Assembly (NCBI GenBank): GCA_963555985.3
Contig: OY820591.1
Location: 2,125,053 to 2,189,052 of the forward strand
Origin: Dehalococcoidia bacterium
GTDB taxonomy: Bacteria; Chloroflexota; Dehalococcoidia; Bin125
Reading direction: 5' to 3'
DNA length: 64,000 bases
The position numbers and the translations under genes were made by a program. This document shows positions 1-8,791 of the stretch, piece after piece. The notes below the pieces were generated by a model. That model searched no databases. It saw only the letters and a program-made list of their open reading frames with translations, and had not been told where the DNA came from. The number at the start of each line of letters is the position of its first letter. Position 1 is the stretch's first letter.

Positions 1-500
1 GACGCTTCGAGCTGCTCGACCTCGCCAGCGTAAGTGTGCGCAGCGCCCTCGCAGAGTGCGCCGACGCCGGGGTCGTTGGCGTCGACCACGCAGAGCAGGA
101 CGCCGAGTTCGGCTGCGCTCTCCGCGCCTTCCTCAGCTTCTCCGCTTTCGCTGAGGTAGTCGGTGAAGATCTGGCCGATGTCTTCGCCCTGATCGAATAG
201 GTAGTCGCGGTAGTCGCTCGCCGCTCGCTCCTGCTGCGTCTCAACCGGAATCACGACCTCAGAACTGTGGTACCGCGTGCCCGTTTCGGCATCGGATGGC
301 AGGAAGCGCGCCTCCGGATGCGCTAGTTCTTGCCACGCGCCGTCTGCGCCTTGTTGTTGCAAGCTCACCTCAACCCGCCCGTCATCATGACGGGTCAAGG
401 TGGCGCGAACGGTGACGTCACCGTGGTGCGCGGACAGTACCGCGCCCAGCGCCGCCGCGCCGATCAGGATTCCCGCAACGAGGATCAAGATTGACTTCAC
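1..500 (-). CDS. Membrane-anchored extracytoplasmic protein, N-terminal part only (gene runs off window start); third tandem paralogue of 579..2123 and 2199..3800
   Basis: GTG at 498-500 with GGAGG 6 nt upstream. My translation VKSILILVAGILIGAAALGAVLSAHHGDVTVRATLTRHDDGRVEVSLQQQGADGAWQELAHPEARFL... is collinear with the two neighbours: TM anchor, DGRVEV module and LLCVVD..ALCEG Cys pair. It is missing from the ORF track because it is open at the window edge. Confidence 0.7.
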   Translation of the reverse strand, partial: MKSILILVAGILIGAAALGAVLSAHHGDVTVRATLTRHDDGRVEVSLQQQGADGAWQELAHPEARFLPSDAETGTRYHSSEVVIPVETQQERAASDYRDYLFDQGEDIGQIFTDYLSESGEAEEGAESAAELGVLLCVVDANDPGVGALCEGAAHTYAGEVEQLEA

Positions 501-578
501 GGCAAACCTCCAAGTGAAATCCAGCCTCGACGCCCGCGCGGGCGTCGAGGCTTAGGGGCGTGTTGGGCAGCGCACATG

Positions 579-2123
579 CTACTCCGCGTACATCGAGTCG
601 ACGACCCGCTGCATGTACTCCGCGTCCGCGATCTGGGGGCGGATCAGCAGCGACGCGCCGTCGAAGTAGGTCACCGGGTCCAGCCGCCAGCGCTCGGCCA
701 TGACCGCCGCGACGGTCGACATGTAGGCCTGCAGCTCCGGATGGTCGAGGATCGTGAACATGACCGAACCGTCGAGTACGCCGCGAGCTAGCCCGACGCT
801 GAAGCCGAATCCGGCGACCGGCACAATCTCGCCCCGACGCCAGTTGACAACCCGCGCGTCCCACGCGCTGTGCACGGAGAGCGTGAGCATCGCGCTCACG
901 TCTTCCTCGTCCAGTCGCTCCCTCAGCTCAGAGCGCACCCGAGCCGGGTTCTCTGCCGACCAGCGCTCGACATCGCCCTGATAGGTCTCCTCAAAGCCGT
1001 CGCAACGTTCGTGCAGTCCGACGTTGTCCGGTTCGTGCAGAATGCAAAGCGCCGTGCCCTCGATGTCGCGACGATTGAACTCTTCGCCGGCGATGCGGCC
1101 CGCCTCATGATCATCGAGCGCGATGTGCAGCGCCGTGCCGATTTCATCCGCGGCCACTACGCCGGAGTTGAACGAGACCACCGGGATGTCGGCGGCGAGC
1201 GCCTCGTCAATGGCCGGAGCAAGCTCGTCAGGCTCGACCAGCGTGGTCGCGATCGTGGCCGCGCCACTGTTCACGCACTCGCGGATGGCCGCCGCTTGAT
1301 CGGCGACGTTGCTGTGCGCGCTGAAATCAACGTTGACTCCGAGTTGCGCCGCCGCCGCAGTGCTGACCTCGGCCGAGAGACCCCAGAAGAAGTCGTCCTC
1401 GTCCTCGATCACCGTGCCGCTGTGGGTGATCTGGCAGAACTGCGCATCGGCAGACGCCAGGTGCTGATCGAGCAACTCGATCCAGTACGTCAGTCGCGGC
1501 CGGTAACGGGCCTTATCCCGGACCTCGAGCGCGAGCATGGTGGTCGGCACGCTGGTCGTCAGCATGGCGACCGGCGCCTGCACGGCCATCCGCGCGCGCA
1601 GCTCCGCGCGCAAGTCGTCCCAATCGTCATGTTTGACGCGCACGACCGGTCCGCGATACACGGATTCGACTCCATCGCAGAGCGCCTCGACCCCCTGGTC
1701 GTCCGGATCGATCACGCACAGGAAGCGACCTGGTTCGAGTTCGGGATAGTTGGAGTCGGTGAAGCGATCGTTGTATCGCGCGGCGATGCGGGCGCCGGCG
1801 GTGACGAGGTAGTCGTAGTACGCGCTGGTAGTGCGCTCCTCGTGCGTTTCCACCTCAACGGCGACCTCGATAGTAAGCGCGTCGGTCTCGAGCGTCTCGC
1901 CGACATCGGCGCCGGCCGCCAAGAAGCGGTTCTCGGGCCGCTGCGTCTCGCCCCAGACACCATCGCCGTCGAGTTGCTGCAATCCGACTTCAACACGGCC
2001 GTCTTTGAGACGCTCGGCGGTGATCCGCACGTCCGTCGTGCCGATCTGGGTGGCGGCCCAGATCGCGCCCAGCGTCGCGGCGCCGATCAGGAAACCAAAG
2101 CCGATCAGGATCAGGGAACGCAT
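579..2123 (-). CDS. Membrane-anchored protein: DGRVEVGLQQ module plus type-I periplasmic-binding-protein-like (sugar-binding/LacI-type fold) C-terminal half
   Basis: ORF 579..2168. Preferred start is ATG 2123 (MRSLILIGFGFLIGAATLG is a TM anchor, AAGGA upstream). AAAIRECVNSGAATIATTLVEPDELAPAIDEALAADIPVVSFNSG resembles PBP type-I proteins. Conserved Cys pairs suggest an extracytoplasmic location. Confidence 0.6.
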   Translation of the reverse strand: MRSLILIGFGFLIGAATLGAIWAATQIGTTDVRITAERLKDGRVEVGLQQLDGDGVWGETQRPENRFLAAGADVGETLETDALTIEVAVEVETHEERTTSAYYDYLVTAGARIAARYNDRFTDSNYPELEPGRFLCVIDPDDQGVEALCDGVESVYRGPVVRVKHDDWDDLRAELRARMAVQAPVAMLTTSVPTTMLALEVRDKARYRPRLTYWIELLDQHLASADAQFCQITHSGTVIEDEDDFFWGLSAEVSTAAAAQLGVNVDFSAHSNVADQAAAIRECVNSGAATIATTLVEPDELAPAIDEALAADIPVVSFNSGVVAADEIGTALHIALDDHEAGRIAGEEFNRRDIEGTALCILHEPDNVGLHERCDGFEETYQGDVERWSAENPARVRSELRERLDEEDVSAMLTLSVHSAWDARVVNWRRGEIVPVAGFGFSVGLARGVLDGSVMFTILDHPELQAYMSTVAAVMAERWRLDPVTYFDGASLLIRPQIADAEYMQRVVDSMYAE

Positions 2124-2198
2124 AATTCCGTCCTTTCGCGTCGAACGATATCGCTGTCGTTCTAGCATCCACTCCCGGTAGGGGGAGCCGGGAGCCAG

Positions 2199-3800
2199 TT
2201 AGCGGCGACGATGCTCCAGATCGTCGAGGAAGGTCTGAGCGTATTCCGCATCCCAGACTTCAGGCTGGATGGTGATCCGCAGGTTGTGCAGATACGACGC
2301 CGGCAGACGCAGGCCATCCACGTACAACAGCGCCGCGACCGCCAAGCGCGATTGCAAATCAGGGTAGTCCGGAATCGCGAACAGCATCCGTCCGTCGGCG
2401 ACTCCGCGATAGATGCGCGCGTCCAGACCGAAGCTGGCCCAGGACATGTCGATCAGCTCACCGTCCTCTGTCAATTGCCAGATTCGCCGCGAGATGGAAC
2501 TGTTCAGCGTCAGCAGCGACCCGACGCCTCCCTCGCCAATCCGCTCAAGGATCGCGGCCTCGATCTCGCCCGGTCCTATCAAATCGTGCACCCGCAGACG
2601 CTCGACCGCGCCGCTGTACGTCTCCTCAAGGCCGTCGCAGCGTTCTTCGAGGCCGATGTTGTTCGCCTCGTGGATGACGCAGAGCACCGTTCCCTCAATC
2701 TCGGCGGCGCTGAACGACTCTCCGGCCAGGCGTCCGGCTTCGTGGTCGTCTATGCCCAGGTGCAGCGACGATCCGCCCTCGGCGGCGGTGTCCGTGCCTG
2801 AGTTGAAGCTGATCACGCGCGTCCCGGCTGCCCGCGCCTCGGCCACAGCCGGGCCGATCGCCTCGGCGTCGCCGAACGTCGTCGCCACCGCCGCCGCGCC
2901 GTCCTCCACGCATTCGCGGATCGCGCCCGCCTGTTCCGCGCTGTCGGCGTAGCTGGCGATCCGCGGCGACAGCCCTAGCTGGGCCGCCGAACGCTCACTG
3001 ACCTCGTTCGCCAGACCCCAGAAGAAGTCGCCAATCTCGCCCCGGTGCGTGACGACGCAGAAGAGCTCGTCGGCTTCCGGCAGGAGCGGCGTCACCGGCG
3101 TCGCCCAATAGAGCATCGGCGTATCAAGCTCGTTCGCCTTGCGCGCGCGGCCGGCGACAACAGCGGCGAGATCGCCCGTCGCGATCATCCCGTAGCCGTC
3201 GGCGTTCAGCAGCCAGTCGCTAATCTCGCGCTCCGCCGCCGCCAGGTCTTCGCCAAGCAACAACCGATCCACCTGCCCCGCGTACGAGCCCGCCAGACCC
3301 TCGCAGAGCAGATCAATCTCCTCCTCCACCAGTCCGTCCGAGATGCAGAGAAGCGGACGCAGCGGCTCGCCCGCCTGCTCCTGCACGCCCGTCCACCACC
3401 GCGCCGGCAGCGTGCCCGACTCCAGCCAGAACTCATGCACCTGACTCGCGATCGCTTCGGCGTGAGTCGCCGCCGACACCGCGATCTGCGAGCTGTGATA
3501 AGGCTGGCCCGATTCTGCCTCGAGGGACAAGAAGCGCGCCTCCGGACGGATCGTCGCGCCCCAGCCCCCGTCGGAATCTTGCTGTTGAAGTCCGACTTCG
3601 ACCCGGCCATCATCGTGGCGTTCGGCCACGAGCCGGAGCTTGATACTCGATTCGGACGGTTCGCGCGCCTCGGCGCTGACGGATGGGGCCTCTTCGAACA
3701 TCATCGGTCGCAACGCCGCACCCAGCGCAAACGCCGCCAGCAGGCTGAAGACCATGATCATCCAAGCTGCACGGGTCGGCAGTGCTCGAAAGTTGCGCAT
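2199..3800 (-). CDS. Membrane-anchored protein, paralogue of 579..2123 (DGRVEVGLQQ module plus PBP type-I-like domain)
   Basis: ORF 2199..4148. The upstream part is Ala/Arg-rich and overlaps the SDR gene on the other strand, so ATG 3800 is preferred (MRNFRALPTRAAWMIMVFSLLAAFALGA, GGAAGGA upstream). GAIRECVEDGAAAVATTFGDAEAIGPAVAEARAAGTRVISFNSG is collinear with the paralogue. Confidence 0.6.
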   Translation of the reverse strand: MRNFRALPTRAAWMIMVFSLLAAFALGAALRPMMFEEAPSVSAEAREPSESSIKLRLVAERHDDGRVEVGLQQQDSDGGWGATIRPEARFLSLEAESGQPYHSSQIAVSAATHAEAIASQVHEFWLESGTLPARWWTGVQEQAGEPLRPLLCISDGLVEEEIDLLCEGLAGSYAGQVDRLLLGEDLAAAEREISDWLLNADGYGMIATGDLAAVVAGRARKANELDTPMLYWATPVTPLLPEADELFCVVTHRGEIGDFFWGLANEVSERSAAQLGLSPRIASYADSAEQAGAIRECVEDGAAAVATTFGDAEAIGPAVAEARAAGTRVISFNSGTDTAAEGGSSLHLGIDDHEAGRLAGESFSAAEIEGTVLCVIHEANNIGLEERCDGLEETYSGAVERLRVHDLIGPGEIEAAILERIGEGGVGSLLTLNSSISRRIWQLTEDGELIDMSWASFGLDARIYRGVADGRMLFAIPDYPDLQSRLAVAALLYVDGLRLPASYLHNLRITIQPEVWDAEYAQTFLDDLEHRRR

Positions 3801-3936
3801 CGAAATTTCCTTCCCGAACGGAAACGGCAGCCGTATGCAAAGCGATCGCTCGTCGTGAGGCCTTATCTTATTCGCCGACGCAATCCAATCGCTCCGCGCG
3901 GGTATCGTTCGCGCGGCGCCGTAGAGGGAGCCGAAC

Positions 3937-4743
3937 ATGTCAGGAGCACTTGACGGACAGGCAGCACTGATCACCGGCGGCGCCAGCGGCATCGGAGCCG
4001 CCTGCGCAGTGCGCTTCGCAGAGGAAGGCGCGGATGTCCTCCTCGCCGACCTGCTCCCCGACCGCGCCGCCGACACGGTGGCGGCAGTCGAAGCGCTGGG
4101 CCGGCGAGCCGTGGTCGTGGCCTGCGACACCTCGACCGAAGCCGACAACGATGCCGCAGCGCAGCGTTGTGTGGACGAGTTCGGCCGGCTCGATGTCGTC
4201 GTCGCCGCCGCCGGTGTCTCGACAGCCGACTACGTGTCGGGCGAAACCGCAGAGTTGGATGAGGACCGCACCGCGTCGTTTATCGCCAACCAGAATGTCG
4301 AGCACTGGGAGAAAGTGCTCGCGGTCAACCTGACCGGCGTGATGCTCACCGACCGCTCCTGCGCGCGCAAGATGATTGAGCTCGGCAACGGCGGCTCGAT
4401 CATCAACATCGCCTCGATCATGGCCAAGTTCCCCCAACCGGGCGCAGCCAACTACTGCGTCTCCAAGGCCGGCGTCTGGATGCTGACTAAGGTGCTCTCG
4501 CAGGAACTGGTGCCGGAGGGCATTCGCGTCAACGCCATCGGCCCTGGTTTCATCGAGACGCCGATGACGGCTGCCATCTCCGGTCACGAAGAGCTCAATC
4601 AGTGGGTGCTTGGCCTCACCCCCATGCGCCGCTTCGGACAGCCCGAGGAAGTCGCCAAAGTCGCCCTCTTCCTCGCCTCCGACGAAGCCTCCTACGTCAG
4701 CGGCGAAATCATCCACCCCGACGGCGGCTGGTTCACCGACTAA
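3937..4743 (+). CDS. SDR family oxidoreductase (FabG-like)
   Basis: TGGASGIGAA cofactor motif and YCVSKAG (YxxxK) catalytic motif. GAGGGAG lies upstream of the ATG. Confidence 0.9.
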   Translation: MSGALDGQAALITGGASGIGAACAVRFAEEGADVLLADLLPDRAADTVAAVEALGRRAVVVACDTSTEADNDAAAQRCVDEFGRLDVVVAAAGVSTADYVSGETAELDEDRTASFIANQNVEHWEKVLAVNLTGVMLTDRSCARKMIELGNGGSIINIASIMAKFPQPGAANYCVSKAGVWMLTKVLSQELVPEGIRVNAIGPGFIETPMTAAISGHEELNQWVLGLTPMRRFGQPEEVAKVALFLASDEASYVSGEIIHPDGGWFTD

Positions 4744-4772
4744 CCGCTCCGCGCAATCCACAAGGACGCCTC

Positions 4773-5972
4773 ATGTCCGATTCCGCCGCCTGGTCCGCCG
4801 CGATCGACGCCATTGACGCCGCAGCAGCCTCCCTCCAAGCGCTCAGCCTCGACATCCACGCGCATCCCGAAGAGAACTACCAAGAAGTCCACGCACACGC
4901 CGCCCTGACCAGTTGGCTCGCCGAACACGGCTGGGACGTGACTCCGAGCGCATACGGTATGGAGACCGCCTTTGAGGCGCGCGGCGGTTCGACCGGCGCC
5001 GGCGCTCCCACCCTGGCCGTGCTCTGCGAGTACGACGCCCTGCCCGCAATCGGACACGCCTGCGGACACAACCTCATCGCCGCCTCCGGCGTCGCCGCCG
5101 GCCTCGGCGTCGCCGCCGCCATCCGGCAAAGCGGTCTCGACGCCGCAATCCGCATCCTCGGCTCTCCCGCCGAAGAAGGCGGCGGCGGCAAGATCAAGCT
5201 GATCGATGCGGGCGCGTTCGAAGACGTCGGCGCAGCGATGATGCTCCATCCCGCCCCCGGCGACATGATTCGCCCCAGCGTGCTCGCGATCGACACCTGC
5301 ATGGTCGAGTTCCAGGGCCGCAACGCGCACGCCGCCGCCGCGCCTTGGGAAGGCCGCAATGCGCTTGATGCGCTCGTGCTCGCCTACCAAGCGATCGGAC
5401 TGTTGCGCCAGCAGTCCAAGCCCGACGTCCGCATTCACGGCAAGATTCACCACGGCGGCGACAAGCCCAACATCATCCCCGACCGCGCCGCCGCCGAGTT
5501 CTACGTGCGCGGCAAAGACGACGCCACCGTCGATGACGTGATCGCGCGCGTCGAAGCCTGCTTCCGAGGCGCAGCCGAAGCCGCCGGCTGCACCGTCAGC
5601 GTCGAATGGCAGCCCGGCGAGCGCTACAGCAATATGGCCAACAACGACGCCCTGGCCGAGACGTTCGGCCGGCGCTGGCTCGAGCTCGGCGTCCGCGCCT
5701 CCGACCTCGATCGCCCCGGAACCGGCGGCTTCGGCTCAACCGACATGGGCAACGTCTCCCACGTCGTGCCCTCGATCCACCCGATGTACGCCATCCCCAC
5801 AGAGGCCGGCAACCACACCCCCGGCTTCACCGCCGCCGCTGCGACCGACGACGCTCACACTGCCACCTTCACCGCCGCCAAAGCCCTAGCCCAAACCGCG
5901 CTCGACTGGCTCACGAACGCTGAGCTGCGCGAGGCGGCGCAGGCCGACTTCGACGACACCCACAGCAGCTAG
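4773..5972 (+). CDS. M20 family amidohydrolase/peptidase (AbgB / aminobenzoyl-glutamate hydrolase-like)
   Basis: IGHACGHNLIA and the LGSPAEEGGGGK region are typical of M20D amidohydrolases. ORF 4602..5972 is trimmed to ATG 4773 because the upstream part overlaps the SDR gene. Confidence 0.8.
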   Translation: MSDSAAWSAAIDAIDAAAASLQALSLDIHAHPEENYQEVHAHAALTSWLAEHGWDVTPSAYGMETAFEARGGSTGAGAPTLAVLCEYDALPAIGHACGHNLIAASGVAAGLGVAAAIRQSGLDAAIRILGSPAEEGGGGKIKLIDAGAFEDVGAAMMLHPAPGDMIRPSVLAIDTCMVEFQGRNAHAAAAPWEGRNALDALVLAYQAIGLLRQQSKPDVRIHGKIHHGGDKPNIIPDRAAAEFYVRGKDDATVDDVIARVEACFRGAAEAAGCTVSVEWQPGERYSNMANNDALAETFGRRWLELGVRASDLDRPGTGGFGSTDMGNVSHVVPSIHPMYAIPTEAGNHTPGFTAAAATDDAHTATFTAAKALAQTALDWLTNAELREAAQADFDDTHSS

Positions 5973-6084
5973 GGCCTGTTCACACAACCACGAGCGCGGT
6001 CGGCCCGCACGCGCGCTGGTCTCGAGGCTGAGCCTCGGCGCTCCCCTCCCCGCCCTCCTCCACCGAGGCGAAACCGGGTATGCT

Positions 6085-6345
6085 CAGAACATATACGCGC
6101 ACGAATCCAATGGGAGACCGCTGTGTCCCGTGAACGCCTCGCTCCAAACCTGAACAGTGCTGGACAAGCCCGGATTCACCTGGAAAAATCCACCCAAATC
6201 GGGATCAATCCAGACAAATCTGGACAGATCTGGACAAATCCAGACCCGCGAACGCATGATCCTCAGCGCTCAACAGGAGATCCGCTCAATCCCTCCGAAA
6301 TTCTCCCGCCAAACAGCGCCGACACGCTTCGCGTAGTCTGAACAT
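6085..6345 (+). repeat. Decamer-phased word-array element, copy W1 (AT-rich box plus 10-nt tandem units), 26 nt upstream of the 6371 gene
   Basis: 6181-6240 reads tggaaaaatc|cacccaaatc|gggatcaatc|cagacaaatc|tggacagatc|tggacaaatc. It shares tccacccaaatcg with the rc of 23526-23538 and aligns with 33530-33790. Confidence 0.6.
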
Positions 6346-6370
6346 GTCCTAGTCCCTGAAGGGAATCACG

Positions 6371-6997
6371 ATGCTCGATCACATCGTTCTGGCCACACCC
6401 GACGTGCAGGCGACGGTCGACGAGATCGCGGCGGCGACGGGAGTACGGGCCGCAGTGGGCGGACGTTTCACCGAGATGGGCGTCTACAACCATCTACTCG
6501 CCTTGCAGGAAGGCGCGTACCTGGAGATCATCGGTCCCGATCCCGAGCATGAGGGCGGCGGCTCCATGCCCTTCGGCATGGATAGGGAGTCTGGACAAGG
6601 CGCGCACATTGCCCACTGGTGTTGGAAGGGCAACGAGCGGATCGACGAACTCGCCGCTGCGATCAAGGACGCTGGCTATGACCTGGGGCCGGTCGTTCCG
6701 CTGGGGCGCGACCTGCCCGACGGCGGCCGACTTGACTGGCGGCTCACGATCGGGACCTGGCCGCCACATCTCGGCGGGTTAATCCCATTCCTGATCGACT
6801 GGGGCGACGCGCCGCATCCCTCCACCACTGCCGTGCAGGGCGTGACGCTCGCATCCTGGCACGGCGAGCATCCAGACCTCGACGCCGTGCGCGCCGCCCA
6901 TCGGGAGATGGGTATCGAGCTCGAACTGCGTGAAGCCAGTGAGTCTGCCCTGGTCGCCACGTTCCAGGGTCCCGAAGGCTCGATCACATATCGCTAA
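6371..6997 (+). CDS. VOC-superfamily protein (glyoxalase-like domain), tandem copy 1
   Basis: MLDHIVLATPDVQ...YNHLLAL..AYLEIIGPDP...HWC, about 200 aa, typical of the glyoxalase-like domain family. Clear paralogue of the next gene. Confidence 0.7.
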   Translation: MLDHIVLATPDVQATVDEIAAATGVRAAVGGRFTEMGVYNHLLALQEGAYLEIIGPDPEHEGGGSMPFGMDRESGQGAHIAHWCWKGNERIDELAAAIKDAGYDLGPVVPLGRDLPDGGRLDWRLTIGTWPPHLGGLIPFLIDWGDAPHPSTTAVQGVTLASWHGEHPDLDAVRAAHREMGIELELREASESALVATFQGPEGSITYR

Positions 6998-7019
6998 CGA
7001 GGAGGCGAGGAGGACTGTC

Positions 7020-7649
7020 ATGCTCGATCACATCGTGCTCGCCACGCCGGACGTCCAGACTTCGGTCGCCGAGATTGAAGCGGCGATCGGTCTGCGCCCC
7101 GAACTCGGCGGGCACTTTCCCGGGCGCGGCGTGTACAACCATCTGCTCGCGCTCCAGAACGACGCCTACCTGGAGATCATCGGCCCGGATCCGGACCAGG
7201 CGGATCACGAAGGTTCGCTGCCGTTCGGGATGCACGAGTTCGGCGACCGGGGCGCGCACGTGCCGCACTGGTGCTGCAAGGCCGGCGCGGAGATTGAGGA
7301 ACGCGTCGCGGCTGCGAAGGCGGCCGGCTACGACATCGGCGAGGTGTACCCGCTGGGCCGTGTGCTCGCCGACGGGACCCGGCTCGACTGGCGCCTCACC
7401 CGTACGATCTGGCCGCCGCTGTTGGGCGGGCTCGTGCCGTTCCTGATCGACTGGGGAGACGCGCGGCATCCGTCAACGACTGCGGTCAAGGGCGCGCGCC
7501 TGGCTTCTTGGCACGGCGAACACCCCGACCTCGCCGAGGTGCGCCGTGCGCACGAGGCGCTGCGCGTCGAACTCGAACTCCGCGAAGCCACCGAGCCGGC
7601 CCTGGTCGCCGTGATCGAGGGACCGAACGGCTCGATCACGCTGCGCTAG
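7020..7649 (+). CDS. VOC-superfamily protein (glyoxalase-like domain), tandem copy 2
   Basis: Start ATG 7020 (MLDHIVLATPDVQTSV) with GAGGAGG upstream. Collinear with 6371..6997 along its whole length. Confidence 0.7.
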   Translation: MLDHIVLATPDVQTSVAEIEAAIGLRPELGGHFPGRGVYNHLLALQNDAYLEIIGPDPDQADHEGSLPFGMHEFGDRGAHVPHWCCKAGAEIEERVAAAKAAGYDIGEVYPLGRVLADGTRLDWRLTRTIWPPLLGGLVPFLIDWGDARHPSTTAVKGARLASWHGEHPDLAEVRRAHEALRVELELREATEPALVAVIEGPNGSITLR

Positions 7650-7679
7650 ACCGCAGCAGACAACAGGGAGGAATCAACA

Positions 7680-8738
7680 ATGAAACTCGGACTCTCGTTG
7701 GGCTACTCGGGCGCATACATGTCGCTGCCCGTCGATCTCGTCCGCCGCGCGGAGGAGCTGGGCTACGACTCAGTCTGGACGGCTGAGGCCTACGGCTCCG
7801 ACGCCTTCTCGCCGCTGGCCTACCTGGCCGCTGTGACCGAGAAGATTCGGCTCGGCACCGGGGTGATCCAGCTTGCGGGGCGGACGGCTGCCAACGCTGC
7901 GATGACAGCGGCGACGATCGACGCGCTGGCCGGCGGCGACCGCGTGATTCTCGGGATCGGAGTCTCCGGTCCGCAGATCGTCGAAGGCTGGTACGGCGAG
8001 CCGTGGGGCAAGCCCAACACCAGGATCCGCGACTACGTCGCGATCATCCGCAAGATTCTCGCCCGCGAGGAACCGGTCACGCACGACGGCAAAGAAATCT
8101 CACTGCCCTACCAGGGTCCCGGCAGCGCCGGACTGGCCAAGCCGCTCAAGTCGATCCTGCACATGAATCCCAACATCCCGATCTGGCTGGGCACCGGCAC
8201 CGAGATGAACGTGCGCATGACCGCTGAGGTCGCCGAAGGCTGGCTGCCGCTCGGCCTGACGCCCTACAACGCCGACCTGTTCGAGCCCTGGGTCGAAGAG
8301 GGCTTCAAGCGCGCCGAGGCCAAGTCCGACTCGCCGAAGTGGTGGCCCGACTTCGAGGTACAGTCCTCCGCCGAGGTCGAAATCACCGACGACCTGCGCG
8401 ACGCCTTCCGCAAGATGAAGCCGAACGTCGCCCTCTACGTCGGCGGCATGGGTCACCGCACGCTCAACTTCCACAAGATGTCGATGATCCGCCGCGGCTA
8501 CGGCGACGCCGCCGAACGCATCCAGGAGCTCTACCTCGCCGGTCGCAAGGCTGAAGCGATCGAGGAGGTTCCCGAAGAGTTCCTCGACGAACAAGCGCTG
8601 CTCGGGCCGCCGGCCAGAATCCGCGAGCGCTACCAAGCCTGGGCCGATAGCTACATCACCGGCCTCACGGTCAGGACAAACCAGCCCGAAGCGGTCGAGC
8701 TGATGGCCGATCTAGCCAGAGAGTCGTCGGGCGCGTAG
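7680..8738 (+). CDS. LLM-class (luciferase-like) F420-dependent oxidoreductase
   Basis: MKLGLSLGYSG...AEELGYDSVWTAEAYGSDAFSPLAYLAA N-terminus is typical of the LLM class F420-dependent family. GGGAGG RBS. Confidence 0.8.
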   Translation: MKLGLSLGYSGAYMSLPVDLVRRAEELGYDSVWTAEAYGSDAFSPLAYLAAVTEKIRLGTGVIQLAGRTAANAAMTAATIDALAGGDRVILGIGVSGPQIVEGWYGEPWGKPNTRIRDYVAIIRKILAREEPVTHDGKEISLPYQGPGSAGLAKPLKSILHMNPNIPIWLGTGTEMNVRMTAEVAEGWLPLGLTPYNADLFEPWVEEGFKRAEAKSDSPKWWPDFEVQSSAEVEITDDLRDAFRKMKPNVALYVGGMGHRTLNFHKMSMIRRGYGDAAERIQELYLAGRKAEAIEEVPEEFLDEQALLGPPARIRERYQAWADSYITGLTVRTNQPEAVELMADLARESSGA

Positions 8739-8791
8739 CGCCTCTTAGACTCCAGCATGGCTCTTCGCCAACCCTGAAAGGAAAGCCACCC

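Noticed and set aside
870-2165. 431-aa plus-strand ORF, and similar long antisense ORFs (3045..3953, 13069..14274, 33774..35087, 36330..37571, 45522..46874, 50560..51486, 57478..58701, 60925..62373, 61106..62212)
   Set aside because: All are Arg/Pro/Gly/Ala-rich with no recognisable motif. Each overlaps, on the opposite strand or in another frame, a gene with clear family signatures. They are shadow ORFs.
4602-4772. N-terminal extensions suggested by the ORF track for several genes (4602, 2199..4148, 12947, 18314, 27904..28821, 31552, 35130..37604, 46772, 52351..53010, 57235, 60902)
   Set aside because: The extensions overlap neighbouring genes or REP sequence, are Arg/Pro-rich, and are followed by an internal ATG/GTG with a Shine-Dalgarno-like GGAGG/GGGAG and a family-typical N-terminus.
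6123-6341. Small ORFs inside word-array elements (6123..6341, 72 aa; 33599..33781, 60 aa) sharing SG(Q/R)IWT.PD and LPPNS peptides
   Set aside because: The shared peptides come from homologous DNA repeats with a 10-nt period, which is not a multiple of 3. The products are Pro-rich low complexity and no RBS was seen. They are treated as non-coding, although a micro-protein cannot be fully excluded.
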